From positions 104,764 through 168,763 of the forward strand of contig JAFQHL010000045.1 in assembly GCA_017397955.1 (NCBI GenBank): a DNA stretch of 64,000 nucleotides. Reading direction: 5' to 3'. Shown here piece after piece: positions 1-11,087 of the stretch. The position numbers were made by a program, and so were the translations under genes. The notes below the pieces were generated by a model. That model made no database searches. It saw nothing but the letters and a program-made list of their open reading frames with translations, and was not told where the DNA came from. This DNA comes from Clostridia bacterium (GTDB lineage Bacteria > Bacillota > Clostridia > Oscillospirales > CAG-382). Numbering within the stretch: the stretch's first letter is position 1; the number at the start of each line of letters is the position of its first letter.

Positions 1-1644
1 GCGCGCTACAAATATATCATTGACCGCGCAGGGGCACGCAGGTATAAGGCGGACCCTTATGGATATTTTTCAGAAACGCTGGCAAATACCGCTTCCCGTA
101 TTTTTGATATAGAGGGCTTTGAGTGGGAAGACGAGGCGTATTTAAAATATCGTAAAGAAAATTACGGTTGCCTTGCCAAAAGCGAAACCCCCGATGTGCC
201 TATGAACATTTACGAGGTCCACCTTGGTTCTTGGCAACGCGACGAAAAGGGTGACTACCTTGATTATCGTGAGCTGGCAGACAGGCTTTCTGCTTACGTA
301 AAGCGAATGGGTTATACTCATATAGAGCTTATGCCCGTAGCAGAGCACCCCTTTGACGGTTCTTGGGGTTATCAGATTTGCGGCTACTATGCGCCTACCT
401 CTCGCTTCGGTAATCCTCACGATTTTATGTATTTTGTTAATAAAATGCACAGTGTGGGTATAGGCGTTATAATGGACTGGGTTCCTGCCCACTTTCCAAA
501 GGACGCCCACGGACTTTATGAGTTTGACGGTGGTCCTTTATACGAGTATCAGGGTTGGGATAGGCAGGAGCATAAGGAATGGGGCACCCGTTGCTTTGAC
601 GTTGCCCGCAACGAGGTTAGTTGCTTCCTCATCTCCAACGCAATGTTCTGGGCAGAAAAGTATCATATAGATGGTCTGCGTGTGGATGCCGTGTCATCTA
701 TGCTGTATTTGGATTACGGAAGAAACGCAGGCGAATGGTTGCCTAACCCCGACGGCAGCAATATCAATACCCAAAGCGTAGCATTTTTGCAAAAACTTAA
801 CGGCGAGATGAAGGGTAATTATCCCGACGTACTTATGATAGCCGAGGAGGCTACTTCCTATATAGGAATAACCCGCGGTGACGGCTTAGGGTTTAGTATG
901 AAGTGGAATATGGGGTGGATGAATGACACCTTAAAGTACATTTCCGCCGACCCGATTTACCGCAAGGATATGCACACTAAGATGAACTTTTCACTGATGT
1001 ACGCTTACAACGAGCGTTATGTATTGCCCATCTCCCACGATGAGGTGGTGCACGGTAAAAAGTCCTTAGTGGACAAGATGACGGGCAATTATCATAATAA
1101 ATTTGCAACTGCCCGCACCTATTTGGCGTATATGATGACACACCCCGGCAAAAAGCTGTTGTTTATGGGCTGTGAATTCGCACAGTTTAGGGAATGGGAC
1201 TATGAAAACAGCCTTGAATGGTTTATGTTGGACTACGATATGCACGCCCGTTTCCAACGTTACGTATCAGAGCTTAATGCTTTTTATCTGCAAGAGCCTG
1301 CATTGTGGCAACAGGACGGCAGTCCTTTGGGCTTTGAGTGGATAGACGCAGACAGGAATAACGACAACACCTATCTTTATCGCCGCTACGCTAAAAACGG
1401 TGAATATATAACGGTAGTGGTGAACTTTGCCCCCGTGGAGAGGGAATATTACATCCCCGTAAAAGAAAAAGGTGTCTATAAGGAACTTATAAACAGCGAT
1501 AACACGGACTATGGCGGCGGCGGCTGTATAAACTACGGGCTTATGTCCTCCTGTGATGACGGCTACGGACCGTACCTTAAAATAAAAATACCGCCTGCGG
1601 GCTTTACGGCAATAAAAAAATTTGAAGGGAATGATGAGGAATGA
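1..1644 (+). CDS. glgB: 1,4-alpha-glucan branching enzyme (GH13), 5' end cut by window edge
   Basis: Frame 1 is open from base 1 ([25 protein letters not shown]...), so the Met at 196 is internal. Branching-enzyme/GH13 motifs are present: [53 protein letters not shown]. The stop overlaps the glgC start (ATGA at 1641-1644). Confidence 0.95.
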   Translation, partial: ARYKYIIDRAGARRYKADPYGYFSETLANTASRIFDIEGFEWEDEAYLKYRKENYGCLAKSETPDVPMNIYEVHLGSWQRDEKGDYLDYRELADRLSAYVKRMGYTHIELMPVAEHPFDGSWGYQICGYYAPTSRFGNPHDFMYFVNKMHSVGIGVIMDWVPAHFPKDAHGLYEFDGGPLYEYQGWDRQEHKEWGTRCFDVARNEVSCFLISNAMFWAEKYHIDGLRVDAVSSMLYLDYGRNAGEWLPNPDGSNINTQSVAFLQKLNGEMKGNYPDVLMIAEEATSYIGITRGDGLGFSMKWNMGWMNDTLKYISADPIYRKDMHTKMNFSLMYAYNERYVLPISHDEVVHGKKSLVDKMTGNYHNKFATARTYLAYMMTHPGKKLLFMGCEFAQFREWDYENSLEWFMLDYDMHARFQRYVSELNAFYLQEPALWQQDGSPLGFEWIDADRNNDNTYLYRRYAKNGEYITVVVNFAPVEREYYIPVKEKGVYKELINSDNTDYGGGGCINYGLMSSCDDGYGPYLKIKIPPAGFTAIKKFEGNDEE

Positions 1645-2861
1645 TTAAAAAGAAAGAATGTGTGGCAATGCTTCTTGCCGGCGGACAGGGCAGCAGACTT
1701 TACCTCCTTACGCAAAGGGTGGCTAAACCTGCGGTATCCTTCGGCAGCAAATACAGAATAATAGACTTTACCCTTTCCAACTGCATCAATTCCGGTATAG
1801 ATACTGTAGGTGTTCTCACGCAGTATCAGCCTTTGGCACTTAATGAATACATAGGCAACGGTCAGCCTTGGGACCTTGACCGTACCTTTGGCGGTGTAAT
1901 GGTGCTTCCCCCTTATCAAGGACAAAAGCGTGCCGATTGGTACAAGGGCACGGCAAACGCCATTTACCAGAACCTGCACTTTTTGGATAAGTATGACCCG
2001 GATTATGTTGTTGTGCTTTCCGGTGACCATATCTATAAGATGGACTACAGCGCAATGGTAGACTATCACAAGCGTATGGGCGCGGCTTGTACCATAGCCG
2101 TAATCGATGTTCCCCTTTCCGAAGCAAGCCGCTTCGGTATAATGAACACCGATGAAAATATGCAGGTTTACGAGTTTGAAGAGAAACCCAAGAATCCCAA
2201 GAGCACATTGGCATCTATGGGCGTTTACGTGTTCTCCAAGAAACAGCTTTACGAGTATCTTATAGCTGACGAAGCAGATGAAAACAGCGATAAAGATTTT
2301 GGTAAGAACGTTATCCCCGCCATGCTTGGCGCAGGCGAAAAGTTGTTTGCTTATCCCTTTAAAGGCTATTGGAAGGATGTTGGTACCATTAACTCTCTTT
2401 GGGAAGCTAATATGGACCTGCTTGGTGACAGACCCGCACTTAACCTTAATAACGGCAATTGGCGTATTTTCGCACGTCACTCCTCCAACCCGCCCCACTT
2501 TCTCGGTTACGGCGCGCAGGTTGAAAACAGCCTTGTTACAGGCGGCTGCGAAATATACGGCACCGTTATCAACAGCGTGCTTTCCAGCGGCGTAAAGGTT
2601 GCAAAGGGCGCTGTTGTTAAGGATAGCGTTATAATGAAGGACTGCGTTATTTCCGAAAACGCCCGTGTTGAGTATTCAATAATGGACAGCGATACCGTTG
2701 TGGGCGTTAACGCCAGCGTAGGCGAAGCTAAGGATGCAGGCAAGGGAATAGCTCTTGTTGGTTTTGGTCTTAATATAAAGGCAGGCACAAAGGTGCCCGG
2801 CGGCGCAATGGTGGATGAAGCGTTCCTTGCGTCTCTTGAAGCAGGAAAGGAGGAGGCATAA
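1641..2861 (+). CDS. glgC: glucose-1-phosphate adenylyltransferase
   Basis: N-terminal [10 protein letters not shown] nucleotidyltransferase loop, [18 protein letters not shown], and a C-terminal left-handed beta-helix-like repeat region. Sits at the expected position in the glgBCDAP order. Confidence 0.95.
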   Translation: MIKKKECVAMLLAGGQGSRLYLLTQRVAKPAVSFGSKYRIIDFTLSNCINSGIDTVGVLTQYQPLALNEYIGNGQPWDLDRTFGGVMVLPPYQGQKRADWYKGTANAIYQNLHFLDKYDPDYVVVLSGDHIYKMDYSAMVDYHKRMGAACTIAVIDVPLSEASRFGIMNTDENMQVYEFEEKPKNPKSTLASMGVYVFSKKQLYEYLIADEADENSDKDFGKNVIPAMLGAGEKLFAYPFKGYWKDVGTINSLWEANMDLLGDRPALNLNNGNWRIFARHSSNPPHFLGYGAQVENSLVTGGCEIYGTVINSVLSSGVKVAKGAVVKDSVIMKDCVISENARVEYSIMDSDTVVGVNASVGEAKDAGKGIALVGFGLNIKAGTKVPGGAMVDEAFLASLEAGKEEA

Positions 2862-2864
2862 GCT

Positions 2865-3995
2865 ATGGCAAGCGTAGTAGGTATTATTTTTTCTAACATA
2901 CACGATAAAAACGTAAGCGAGCTTACAAGAAGAAGAACCATGGCAAGCGTGCCCTTCGGTTGCAGATACAGACTTATAGACTTTACTCTTTCCAACTTGG
3001 TAAACTCAGGCATAACCCACGTTGGCGTGGTAACCCACTACAACTATCAGTCTCTTATGGACCACATCGGCACCGGTAAGGATTGGGACTTGGCAAGAAG
3101 GTCCGGCGGTATTAAAATATTGCCACCTTTCATAACCGCTTTTGCAAACACTCAGAATTCCCTTTACAATACCCGTCTTGAGGCTATGAAGAGCATGATA
3201 GAATTCATTTCTTCCTGTAAGGAAGAGTATGTTATTCTTTCCGACTGTGATATAATATGCAACATCGACCTTGGTGAAATGATAAACGCTCATATAGCAA
3301 GCGGCGCGGATATGACTATGGCTGTTAAGCGTATGTACATCACCCATGACGTTAGAAACGCTGAGGTGGTAGAGTCGGATGCGGAAGGAAGAATAACCGA
3401 TATATCTGAGGCAAACGGTATAGTTACAGGCTACAGAGACATTAACCTTAACATAATAGTAATGCAACGCAAGTATCTTGTAAATTTGATAATGGATGCT
3501 ACTGCCCACGGTTACGACAGCTTTACCAAGGATATAATCGCAAAGAATTTGGAAAACTGTGATTATCGCGTGTACCGTTACGATAATTATTTTGCGGCAG
3601 TTAATTCCCTTACCGATTATTATATGTGTAATATGGACCTTCTCAGCTCTTCTGCAAGGGATAGTCTGTTCAATGTTAAAAACCGTCCTGTTTACACAAA
3701 GATACGCAACTCCAGCCCCACCACCTATGAAGAGGGCAGTAATGTTAAAAATTCTCTTATTGCCGACGGTTGCGTTATCTATGGCACAGTTGAAAACTCC
3801 ATCCTTTTCCGTGGCGTAAAGGTTGGCAAAAATACGGTAATTAAAAATTCCATACTTATGCAGGATACTCTTGTGGGCGAAAACGTAGACCTTAACTGTG
3901 TAATTACCGATAAGGATGTTGTTATCCGCGACGGTAGAGTGCTTTCCGGTCACGAAACCAAGCCCTTCTATATAGACAAGCTTACAGTGGTATAA
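2865..3995 (+). CDS. glgD: glucose-1-phosphate adenylyltransferase regulatory subunit GlgD
   Basis: Paralog of GlgC (RTMASVPFGCRYRLIDFTLSNLVNSGI) that lacks the GGxGxRL loop. Its position between glgC and glgA is typical of Firmicutes. Confidence 0.88.
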   Translation: MASVVGIIFSNIHDKNVSELTRRRTMASVPFGCRYRLIDFTLSNLVNSGITHVGVVTHYNYQSLMDHIGTGKDWDLARRSGGIKILPPFITAFANTQNSLYNTRLEAMKSMIEFISSCKEEYVILSDCDIICNIDLGEMINAHIASGADMTMAVKRMYITHDVRNAEVVESDAEGRITDISEANGIVTGYRDINLNIIVMQRKYLVNLIMDATAHGYDSFTKDIIAKNLENCDYRVYRYDNYFAAVNSLTDYYMCNMDLLSSSARDSLFNVKNRPVYTKIRNSSPTTYEEGSNVKNSLIADGCVIYGTVENSILFRGVKVGKNTVIKNSILMQDTLVGENVDLNCVITDKDVVIRDGRVLSGHETKPFYIDKLTVV

Positions 3996-4022
3996 ACTTA
4001 TATAAAATAAGGAGGCTTTACA

Positions 4023-5459
4023 ATGAGAAAGCAAAAAATACTGTTTGTAGCTTCCGAGGCGGTGCCTTATGCATCTTCCGGCGGTTTGGGCGATGTTATA
4101 GGCTCTCTTCCCGCGGCGCTTTGCAGTGCCTCTAAGGGAGAGCTGGACGTTCGCGTAATTATGCCCCTTTACGGAAGTATGAAGGACAGCTATAGGGAAG
4201 AGCTTACTAAGGTATGCGAAACCTATATCAGCCTTTCTTGGCGCAGACAATATTTGGGTATATACAAATTGGAAAAGAACGGCGTTATATATTACTTTTT
4301 GGATAACGAGTATTATTTTAAACGCCCCACCCTTTACGGCAGTTATGATGACGGCGAACGCTATGCCTTCTTCTGCCGCGCCGTAATGGAAGCTCTGCCC
4401 ATTATAGATTTCTTCCCCGACGTGCTTCACGCACACGACTGGCAAAGTGCACTTACGGTTATCTACCTCAAGCGTCGCTATGCCCACGAGGAAGGCTACA
4501 AGGACATAAAAACCGTGTTCACCATCCACAACATTGCTTATCAGGGTGTGTACGGTCACGAGATACTAGGTGACGTATTTGACCTTGGCTATGGTGACAG
4601 GGAAATAGTTGATTATAACGGTGCCATCAACCTTATGAAGGGCGCAATAGTTTGTGCCGATACCGTAAGCACCGTAAGCCCAACTTACGCGTTGGAGATT
4701 CTTTCTCCCCGTTTTTCCAACGGTCTGCACTATGTGCTTGAGCAAAACAAGGGCAAGCTTCGCGGTATACTTAATGGTATAGATATTGACTATTATAATC
4801 CCGAAACGGATACAGAGCTGTTCGCAAATTACTCCTCCAACGACCTTGGCGGCAAAGCAGTTAACAAAAAGGAACTGCAAAAGCTGGTAGGTTTGGAAGA
4901 GAGGGAAGATATCCCCGTTGTGGCAATAATATCCCGTCTTACAGGTCACAAGGGCATAGATATAGTAATGCTTGCTGCAGAGGAGCTGCTAAAGGATAAA
5001 ATACAGCTTGTTGTGCTGGGACAGGGCGACTATACCTACGAAAATTATTTCTGGCATCTTGCAGATAGTTATAAGGGTAAGGTAAGCACTTTGCTTATGT
5101 ACAATAAGGATATGTCTAAAAAGATTTACGCAGGTGCCGATATATTCCTTATGCCTTCTAAGAGTGAGCCCTGCGGTCTTGCTCAGATGATAGCTTCCCG
5201 CTACGGCACAGTGCCTGTTGTAAGGGAAACCGGCGGACTTTACGATTCTATTAAGGACGTAGGCTTTGAAAACGGAAACGGTTTTACCTTTGCCCACTAC
5301 AGCTCCGAGGACCTTATAGGTGCCGTAAGGCGCGCGGTAAATGCATATAACGACAAAGAAAACTATAAATCCCTTGTTAAAAAAGTAATGGAAGTTGATT
5401 TTTCTTGGGACAAATCTGCTCTTGAATACATTAAAATGTATAAAGAGCTATTAGCATAA
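4023..5459 (+). CDS. glgA: glycogen synthase (GT5)
   Basis: KILFVASEAVPYASSGGLGDV (KxGGL motif), HAHDWQSAL, and a C-terminal PSKSEPCGLAQM / GGLYDSI GT-B signature. RBS GGAGG lies upstream. Confidence 0.95.
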   Translation: MRKQKILFVASEAVPYASSGGLGDVIGSLPAALCSASKGELDVRVIMPLYGSMKDSYREELTKVCETYISLSWRRQYLGIYKLEKNGVIYYFLDNEYYFKRPTLYGSYDDGERYAFFCRAVMEALPIIDFFPDVLHAHDWQSALTVIYLKRRYAHEEGYKDIKTVFTIHNIAYQGVYGHEILGDVFDLGYGDREIVDYNGAINLMKGAIVCADTVSTVSPTYALEILSPRFSNGLHYVLEQNKGKLRGILNGIDIDYYNPETDTELFANYSSNDLGGKAVNKKELQKLVGLEEREDIPVVAIISRLTGHKGIDIVMLAAEELLKDKIQLVVLGQGDYTYENYFWHLADSYKGKVSTLLMYNKDMSKKIYAGADIFLMPSKSEPCGLAQMIASRYGTVPVVRETGGLYDSIKDVGFENGNGFTFAHYSSEDLIGAVRRAVNAYNDKENYKSLVKKVMEVDFSWDKSALEYIKMYKELLA

Positions 5460-5487
5460 AAATCAGTAATTTAAGGAGATACAAAAA

Positions 5488-7908
5488 ATGACCGTTAATC
5501 GCAATCAGATTGAAGAGGCTATACAGAATAAGCTTTCTCGCTTTTTCAGTGTAGCAATTGAGGAGGCCGATGCCAACCAGATGTATAAGGCAACGGTTCT
5601 TACCGTAAGAGATATTCTTGCACAAAAGCGTAAGCTTTTCAATGCCGAAACCCGCGCGCAGGGCAAGAAAAAGGTTTATTATATGTGTATGGAGTTCCTT
5701 ATGGGTACGTCCTTACGTACAAATCTTAACAATTTGGGTATAGAAGCAGAATATAAGGACGTTTTAAAGGCGCATGGCTTCAACCTTGATGATATTTATG
5801 AGATGGAGTCTGACCCCGGCTTGGGTAACGGCGGTCTTGGCAGACTTGCAGCCTGCTTTATGGATTCGCTTTCCACCCTTTCTTATCCCGCCCGCGGCTA
5901 CTCTATTCTTTACGAATACGGTCTGTTTAAACAGAAGCTGGCAGAGGGTGAGCAGATTGAGCTGCCCGATATTTGGATGCCCGGCGGTGATGCTTGGCTT
6001 GTTCCCCGTCAGGATAAATCCTGCGTTGTACGCTTTGGCGGTACAATTACCGAAAAGTGGGATAACGGCAGATGTGAGATAATCCACGAAAACTATGAAG
6101 AAGTAGAGGCTGTTCCTTACGATATGCTTGTTTCCGGCGCAGACAGTAAGGCGATAACCACTCTTAGACTGTGGAAGGCACAGGATATCCGCAACTTTAA
6201 TATGGAGTTGTTCTCTCAAGGTCAGTATATCAAAGCCGTTGAAGAAAACACCATGGCACAGACCATTTCTAAGGTGCTTTATCCTAATGATAACCATCCC
6301 GAAGGTAAGCTTCTCCGTCTTAGTCAGCAGTATTTCCTTGTAAGCGCATCCCTTCAGAATATTATCAGCGACCATATTTCTACCTTTAAGAACCTTAACA
6401 CTCTTCCCGAAAAGGTAGCTATCCATATTAACGATACTCACCCCGCTCTTTGTATTCCCGAACTTATGCGTATACTTATGGATATGCATAACTATTCTTG
6501 GGAAGAAGCCTGGGATATGGTTGTTAAGACCGTTTCTTACACCAACCACACCGTAATGCCTGAGGCGCTTGAGTGCTGGAACGAAGGACTCTTCCGTCTT
6601 AAGCTGCCCAGACTATATATGATTATCCGTGAAATTAACGAGCGTTTCTGTGCAGATGCTTGGGAACAGTTCCCCGGCAACTGGGATAAGGTTGGCAGAA
6701 TGTCTATAATCAACCACGGTCAAATCCGTATGGCAAACCTTTCCGTTGTTGGTTCTCACCATATAAACGGCGTTTCCGAATTGCACTCCGATATACTTAA
6801 GAACAACACCTTTAAAGACTTTAACGATATGTATCCCGAAAGGTTCCTTAATGTTACCAACGGTATTGCACATCGCAGATGGCTCTGCTACTCCAACCCT
6901 CGTCTTGCCTCTCTGCTTGACGAAACTATCGGCAACGGCTATCGCACCGATGCTGCTCAGCTTTCTAAGTTCCTTAAGTATCAGGACGATAAGAGCGTTC
7001 TTAACAAGCTTGCAGATATCAAGCACGCCAACAAGGTGGACTTCTCTAATTATATCAAGCGCACTGCAGGCGTTTCTATCGACCCCGATTCTATCTATGA
7101 CGTGCAGGTTAAACGTATACATGAGTATAAGCGCCAGCTTCTCAACGCTATCCATATCATAAGCGTTTACTGCGCTCTAAAAGAAAACCCTGACCTTGAC
7201 ATTAAGCCCGTAACCTATATGTTCGGCGGTAAGGCTGCCCCCGGTTACTATATGGCTAAGGATATAATCCGTCTTATTTGCTACATCAGCGCGGATATCC
7301 AAAAGAACCCCAAAATAAGAGAAAAGCTTAACGTTTTGTTCCTTGAGAACTACAACGTAAGCCTTGCAGAAAAGCTTATCCCCACCGCCGATGTAAGTGA
7401 GCAGATTTCACTTGCAGGTAAGGAGGCAAGCGGTACCGGTAATATGAAGTTTATGATAAACGGTGCTGTTACCATCGGTACCCTTGACGGTGCGAATGTG
7501 GAAATGTGTGAAGAGGTTGGTAAGGACAACATCTTTATATTCGGTCACACTGCAGAAGAGGTTGATGAGCTTTGGAAGAAAGGCTACGCTTCTTCTTACT
7601 ACTATAACCGTAACGAATCTCTTAAGAAAGCAATTGACTATTTGCAAATCGGCTTCAACGGCAGGTCCTTCTCCGATATAGCCAATTACTTGCTGTTCTC
7701 CTACGGTATAGCAGATCCCTATATGTGTCTTGCAGACTTCGACTTCTATCAGGATGCACACAAGGATTTGGTTAAGGCTTACGAGGACAAGGAAGCCTGG
7801 AATAAGAAGAGCCTTATCAATATAGCAAAAGCAGGCAAGTTCGCGGCAGACAGAAGCATAGAGGACTATGCAAGAGATATCTGGAAGCTGGAAAAACAGC
7901 TTGACTAA
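5488..7908 (+). CDS. glgP: glycogen/maltodextrin phosphorylase (GT35)
   Basis: 806 aa; GLGNGGLGRLAACFMDS; PLP-lysine region ISLAGKEASGTGNMKFMINGA; RBS AAGGAGA upstream. Confidence 0.95.
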   Translation: MTVNRNQIEEAIQNKLSRFFSVAIEEADANQMYKATVLTVRDILAQKRKLFNAETRAQGKKKVYYMCMEFLMGTSLRTNLNNLGIEAEYKDVLKAHGFNLDDIYEMESDPGLGNGGLGRLAACFMDSLSTLSYPARGYSILYEYGLFKQKLAEGEQIELPDIWMPGGDAWLVPRQDKSCVVRFGGTITEKWDNGRCEIIHENYEEVEAVPYDMLVSGADSKAITTLRLWKAQDIRNFNMELFSQGQYIKAVEENTMAQTISKVLYPNDNHPEGKLLRLSQQYFLVSASLQNIISDHISTFKNLNTLPEKVAIHINDTHPALCIPELMRILMDMHNYSWEEAWDMVVKTVSYTNHTVMPEALECWNEGLFRLKLPRLYMIIREINERFCADAWEQFPGNWDKVGRMSIINHGQIRMANLSVVGSHHINGVSELHSDILKNNTFKDFNDMYPERFLNVTNGIAHRRWLCYSNPRLASLLDETIGNGYRTDAAQLSKFLKYQDDKSVLNKLADIKHANKVDFSNYIKRTAGVSIDPDSIYDVQVKRIHEYKRQLLNAIHIISVYCALKENPDLDIKPVTYMFGGKAAPGYYMAKDIIRLICYISADIQKNPKIREKLNVLFLENYNVSLAEKLIPTADVSEQISLAGKEASGTGNMKFMINGAVTIGTLDGANVEMCEEVGKDNIFIFGHTAEEVDELWKKGYASSYYYNRNESLKKAIDYLQIGFNGRSFSDIANYLLFSYGIADPYMCLADFDFYQDAHKDLVKAYEDKEAWNKKSLINIAKAGKFAADRSIEDYARDIWKLEKQLD

Positions 7909-7925
7909 ATCGCAAGAGGTAGTTT

Positions 7926-9806
7926 GTGTCTTTCAATGTATTAAACAGGCTGACGGAAATGGCCTACGGAAAATTCTTTCAGCCTACAGTATTTGTCAAT
8001 AAAAAAGAAACAAATCTATGTACCGCACCCAAGGGAAAAGCTATTAGCTTTTCCCTAAGGGCGTTGCGCACTTTGGGTGTTCTCAAAGCGTACCTCATTT
8101 TTACAGAGGATGGCTGTGCCGACCAAAGATACGAGGGTAAGTGGCAGAGCTTGGAAAACGGTATGGATGTATACAGCTTTGATTTATCTGTAAAACCTGC
8201 CGCAGGTCTGTATTTTTACGGTTTTGAGGTGCATACCCCCAGCGGTGTGTGGTATGTAGCAGAGGACGGCTCCAAATGCCGCCACAAAATCCATACCGAC
8301 CGCGTGCTTGTGTATAACGAGAAGTATAAAGCCCCCACTTGGCTTGACGGCGGTATTATATACCACATATTTGTGGACAGATTCTATAAGGGTGAAAAGC
8401 AAGTTCCCATAAGGGACGATGTGGTAATGTATACGGATTGGGAAAACGGTATCCCTGAATTTCCCGAATATCCGGGTGCATTTCTGCGTAACAACACCTT
8501 TTTCGGCGGTACCCTTTGGGGTGTTATAGAAAAACTGCCTTATTTGAAGGGACTTGGCGTTTCCTGTATTTATCTCAGCCCCGTATTCAAGGCGTATTCC
8601 AACCATAAATACGATACGGGTGACTATATGCAGGTGGACGAAATGTTCGGCGGCGATGATGCGCTTAAGCAGCTTTTTGCTAAGGCAAAAGAGCAGGGCA
8701 TTGGCGTAATTCTGGATGGCGTGTTTAACCACGTGGGCGACGACAGCTTGTATTTTGACCATTTTGGTAAATACGGCGGCAACGGTGCCTATTCCGGCAA
8801 GAAAAGTCCCTATTATAAGTGGTTCAGTTTTATTGATTTCCCAGATGTTTATGAGGCGTGGTGGGGCATAGGTAACCTGCCCCGCGTTAATCGCGTATCT
8901 TCCTTCCGTAAGCTTATTTACGGCAAGGGCGGCGTGGTTGAAAAGTATATGGGTATGGGCGCTTCCGGCTTCCGCCTTGACGTTGTTGATGAGCTGGAGC
9001 GGGATTTTACCGAAGGCCTTTGCGCCGCTGTTAAAAAGCATAAGGAAGATGCGTATATGGTGGGCGAAGTTTGGGAGGATGCCTCCGACAAAATAGCCTA
9101 CGATGACCGTAAACGCTATTTTCAGGGTAAACAGCTGGATGCAGTAATGAACTATCCTCTTCGCAGCGGAATCATTGAGTATGCGCTTTGGGGTAATGCA
9201 GAGTTTTTGGCAGATACGGTAAATACCCTTTACCGTCATTACCCGCCCCACAAGACTGCGTATATGATGAATGTGCTTGGCACCCATGATACGGAGCGTA
9301 TTTTGACGGTTCTTGGCGGCGACAAAGCAGATGACCGCACAAACGCAGAAAAGGCGGTTATGAAAATGAGCGCGCAACAGCGCGAAAACGCTGTTAAACG
9401 CCTTAAAATAGCCTCTTTGTTGCAAATGACCCTTCCCGGTATTCCTTGTGTGTATTACGGTGACGAGGCGGGTATGGAGGGATACAAAGACCCCTTTAAT
9501 CGCCGTCCGTACCCTTGGCACAATGTAGACGGTGATATATACGGCTGGTATAAAAAGCTTACGGAGATAAGAAAAAAAAGTGCGGCGTTTACAGCCAATG
9601 AGTTTAAAATAATTAAGCGCCACCGCGGTGTTTTTGCCTTTGTCAGAGGCGAAGGTGAGGAAAGCGTAACCGTTATCACAAACATGGGCAACGGAGATGC
9701 TACACTAAACGGAAGTTATATTTCACTTCTTAACGGAATGCAGTATAAGGACGGCTGCACTTTGCCGCCTTTCAGCGGGGATGTGCTTTTGCAAAACAAA
9801 AATTGA
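7926..9806 (+). CDS. GH13 alpha-amylase-family enzyme (neopullulanase/cyclomaltodextrinase-like) with N-terminal extra domain
   Basis: All four GH13 conserved regions are present: VILDGVFNHVG, GFRLDVVDEL, MVGEVWED, VLGTHDTERI. GTG start. Last gene of the glycogen cluster. Confidence 0.85.
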   Translation: MSFNVLNRLTEMAYGKFFQPTVFVNKKETNLCTAPKGKAISFSLRALRTLGVLKAYLIFTEDGCADQRYEGKWQSLENGMDVYSFDLSVKPAAGLYFYGFEVHTPSGVWYVAEDGSKCRHKIHTDRVLVYNEKYKAPTWLDGGIIYHIFVDRFYKGEKQVPIRDDVVMYTDWENGIPEFPEYPGAFLRNNTFFGGTLWGVIEKLPYLKGLGVSCIYLSPVFKAYSNHKYDTGDYMQVDEMFGGDDALKQLFAKAKEQGIGVILDGVFNHVGDDSLYFDHFGKYGGNGAYSGKKSPYYKWFSFIDFPDVYEAWWGIGNLPRVNRVSSFRKLIYGKGGVVEKYMGMGASGFRLDVVDELERDFTEGLCAAVKKHKEDAYMVGEVWEDASDKIAYDDRKRYFQGKQLDAVMNYPLRSGIIEYALWGNAEFLADTVNTLYRHYPPHKTAYMMNVLGTHDTERILTVLGGDKADDRTNAEKAVMKMSAQQRENAVKRLKIASLLQMTLPGIPCVYYGDEAGMEGYKDPFNRRPYPWHNVDGDIYGWYKKLTEIRKKSAAFTANEFKIIKRHRGVFAFVRGEGEESVTVITNMGNGDATLNGSYISLLNGMQYKDGCTLPPFSGDVLLQNKN

Positions 9807-9867
9807 TGTACGCGCATATACTTAAAACACAGGTGTGTAAAAATATTTAAGATAGGTTGGTGTCAAA

Positions 9868-10968
9868 ATGGATCAACTGTTCGGCGAAATATGTAAAGCG
9901 TATGAACTAAAGGGCGCTCTTTATAAATGGACCCGTTTAAAGCGCGGACATATAAATGATACATATAGGGTTGACCTGCTTGAGGACGGCAATGAAAAGT
10001 CTTACCTTTTCCAAAAGGTAAACGACTTTGTTTTTAAAAAGCCGGAGCTTATTGTTAAAAACGTAAAGGGTGTTACTGCCCACATCAGATGTAAGATGGA
10101 GGCAATGGGCATCTCCGATGTAAAAAGAAATGTTTTGAAGCTGTACGAAACCAATGGTAAAGGTCTGTACTATACCGCCGACGGGCAATGTTGGCGCGTG
10201 TTGTCTTTTGTGTACAACGCTACCACTTATGACGAATTCGACCTTAAAAAGCTGGGGGCAATAGGCAGAGGCTTCGGCGTTTTTCTTGCCCTCCTTTCGG
10301 ATTTCCCCTGTGGCGATCTCTACGAAACTATACCTGATTTTCATAATACCCCCAAACGCTTTGATGCCTTTTTTAAAGCCTATGAGGCGGATACAGAGGG
10401 TAGAGCGGCAAATATAGCAGAGGATGCGGAGTATATCCGTAGTGTTGCCTGCCATGCAGACAGATTTAATAAGCTTTATATGGAAGGTAAGCTTCCTTTG
10501 CGCGTTACCCATAACGATACCAAGGGCAATAATATAATGATGGATATTACCACAGATGAGCCTTTGGCGGTTATCGACCTTGACACTGTTATGCCCGGCT
10601 TTGCTATGCACGACTTTGGTGATGCGGTGCGTTATGCGGCAAACACCGCCGCCGAGGACGAAAAGGATCTGACAAAGGTGTCCTTGGATTTAGAGCGTTA
10701 CAAAGCATTGGCAGATGGCTTTTTGCCGCCGATGATGGGTAAGTTTACGGATGTGGAAATCCGCAATATGCCTTGGGGTGTTATACTTATAACGTTGGAA
10801 ACAGCTGTTCGTTTTTTGACCGATTATTTGCAGGGTGACGTGTATTTTAAAACAGAATACGAGGAACATAACCTTGTAAGAGGTCGTTGTCAGCTTGCAT
10901 TGGCAAAAGATGCTATGAAAAAGCTTTGCGATATGGAAAAAATAACCGAAAATTACCTTAAAATTTAG
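9868..10968 (+). CDS. APH-family phosphotransferase, N-acetylhexosamine-1-kinase-like sugar kinase
   Basis: Kinase catalytic loop HNDTKGNNIMMD followed by IDLDTVMPG (Brenner/DxD-like motifs of the aminoglycoside-phosphotransferase fold). Length of ~360 aa is as in NahK-type kinases. Substrate not determinable. Confidence 0.55.
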   Translation: MDQLFGEICKAYELKGALYKWTRLKRGHINDTYRVDLLEDGNEKSYLFQKVNDFVFKKPELIVKNVKGVTAHIRCKMEAMGISDVKRNVLKLYETNGKGLYYTADGQCWRVLSFVYNATTYDEFDLKKLGAIGRGFGVFLALLSDFPCGDLYETIPDFHNTPKRFDAFFKAYEADTEGRAANIAEDAEYIRSVACHADRFNKLYMEGKLPLRVTHNDTKGNNIMMDITTDEPLAVIDLDTVMPGFAMHDFGDAVRYAANTAAEDEKDLTKVSLDLERYKALADGFLPPMMGKFTDVEIRNMPWGVILITLETAVRFLTDYLQGDVYFKTEYEEHNLVRGRCQLALAKDAMKKLCDMEKITENYLKI

Positions 10969-11002
10969 TGTATTCTTACAAGCGCAAAATTTTTAAAAAA
11001 AC

Positions 11003-11030
11003 TTGACAATCGATTAAAAAATGATATAAT
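11003..11030 (+). promoter_or_regulatory. sigma-70-type promoter
   Basis: TTGACA (11003-11008), 16-nt spacer, TGATATAAT with extended -10 (TATAAT at 11025-11030), about 60 nt upstream of the 11088 ORF. Confidence 0.6.
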
Positions 11031-11087
11031 TAGTCTTAGAGCTGTGCAAATGTTCGGCTTTAATAGCTAAAACGGTTGGTCTGATAG

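Noticed and set aside
1563-9623. Long antisense ORFs over the glycogen genes (1563-2498, 3006-4559, 5764-6549, 8184-9623, all minus)
   Set aside because: Each lies opposite a strongly motif-supported plus-strand gene and shows no family signatures. These are typical shadow ORFs.
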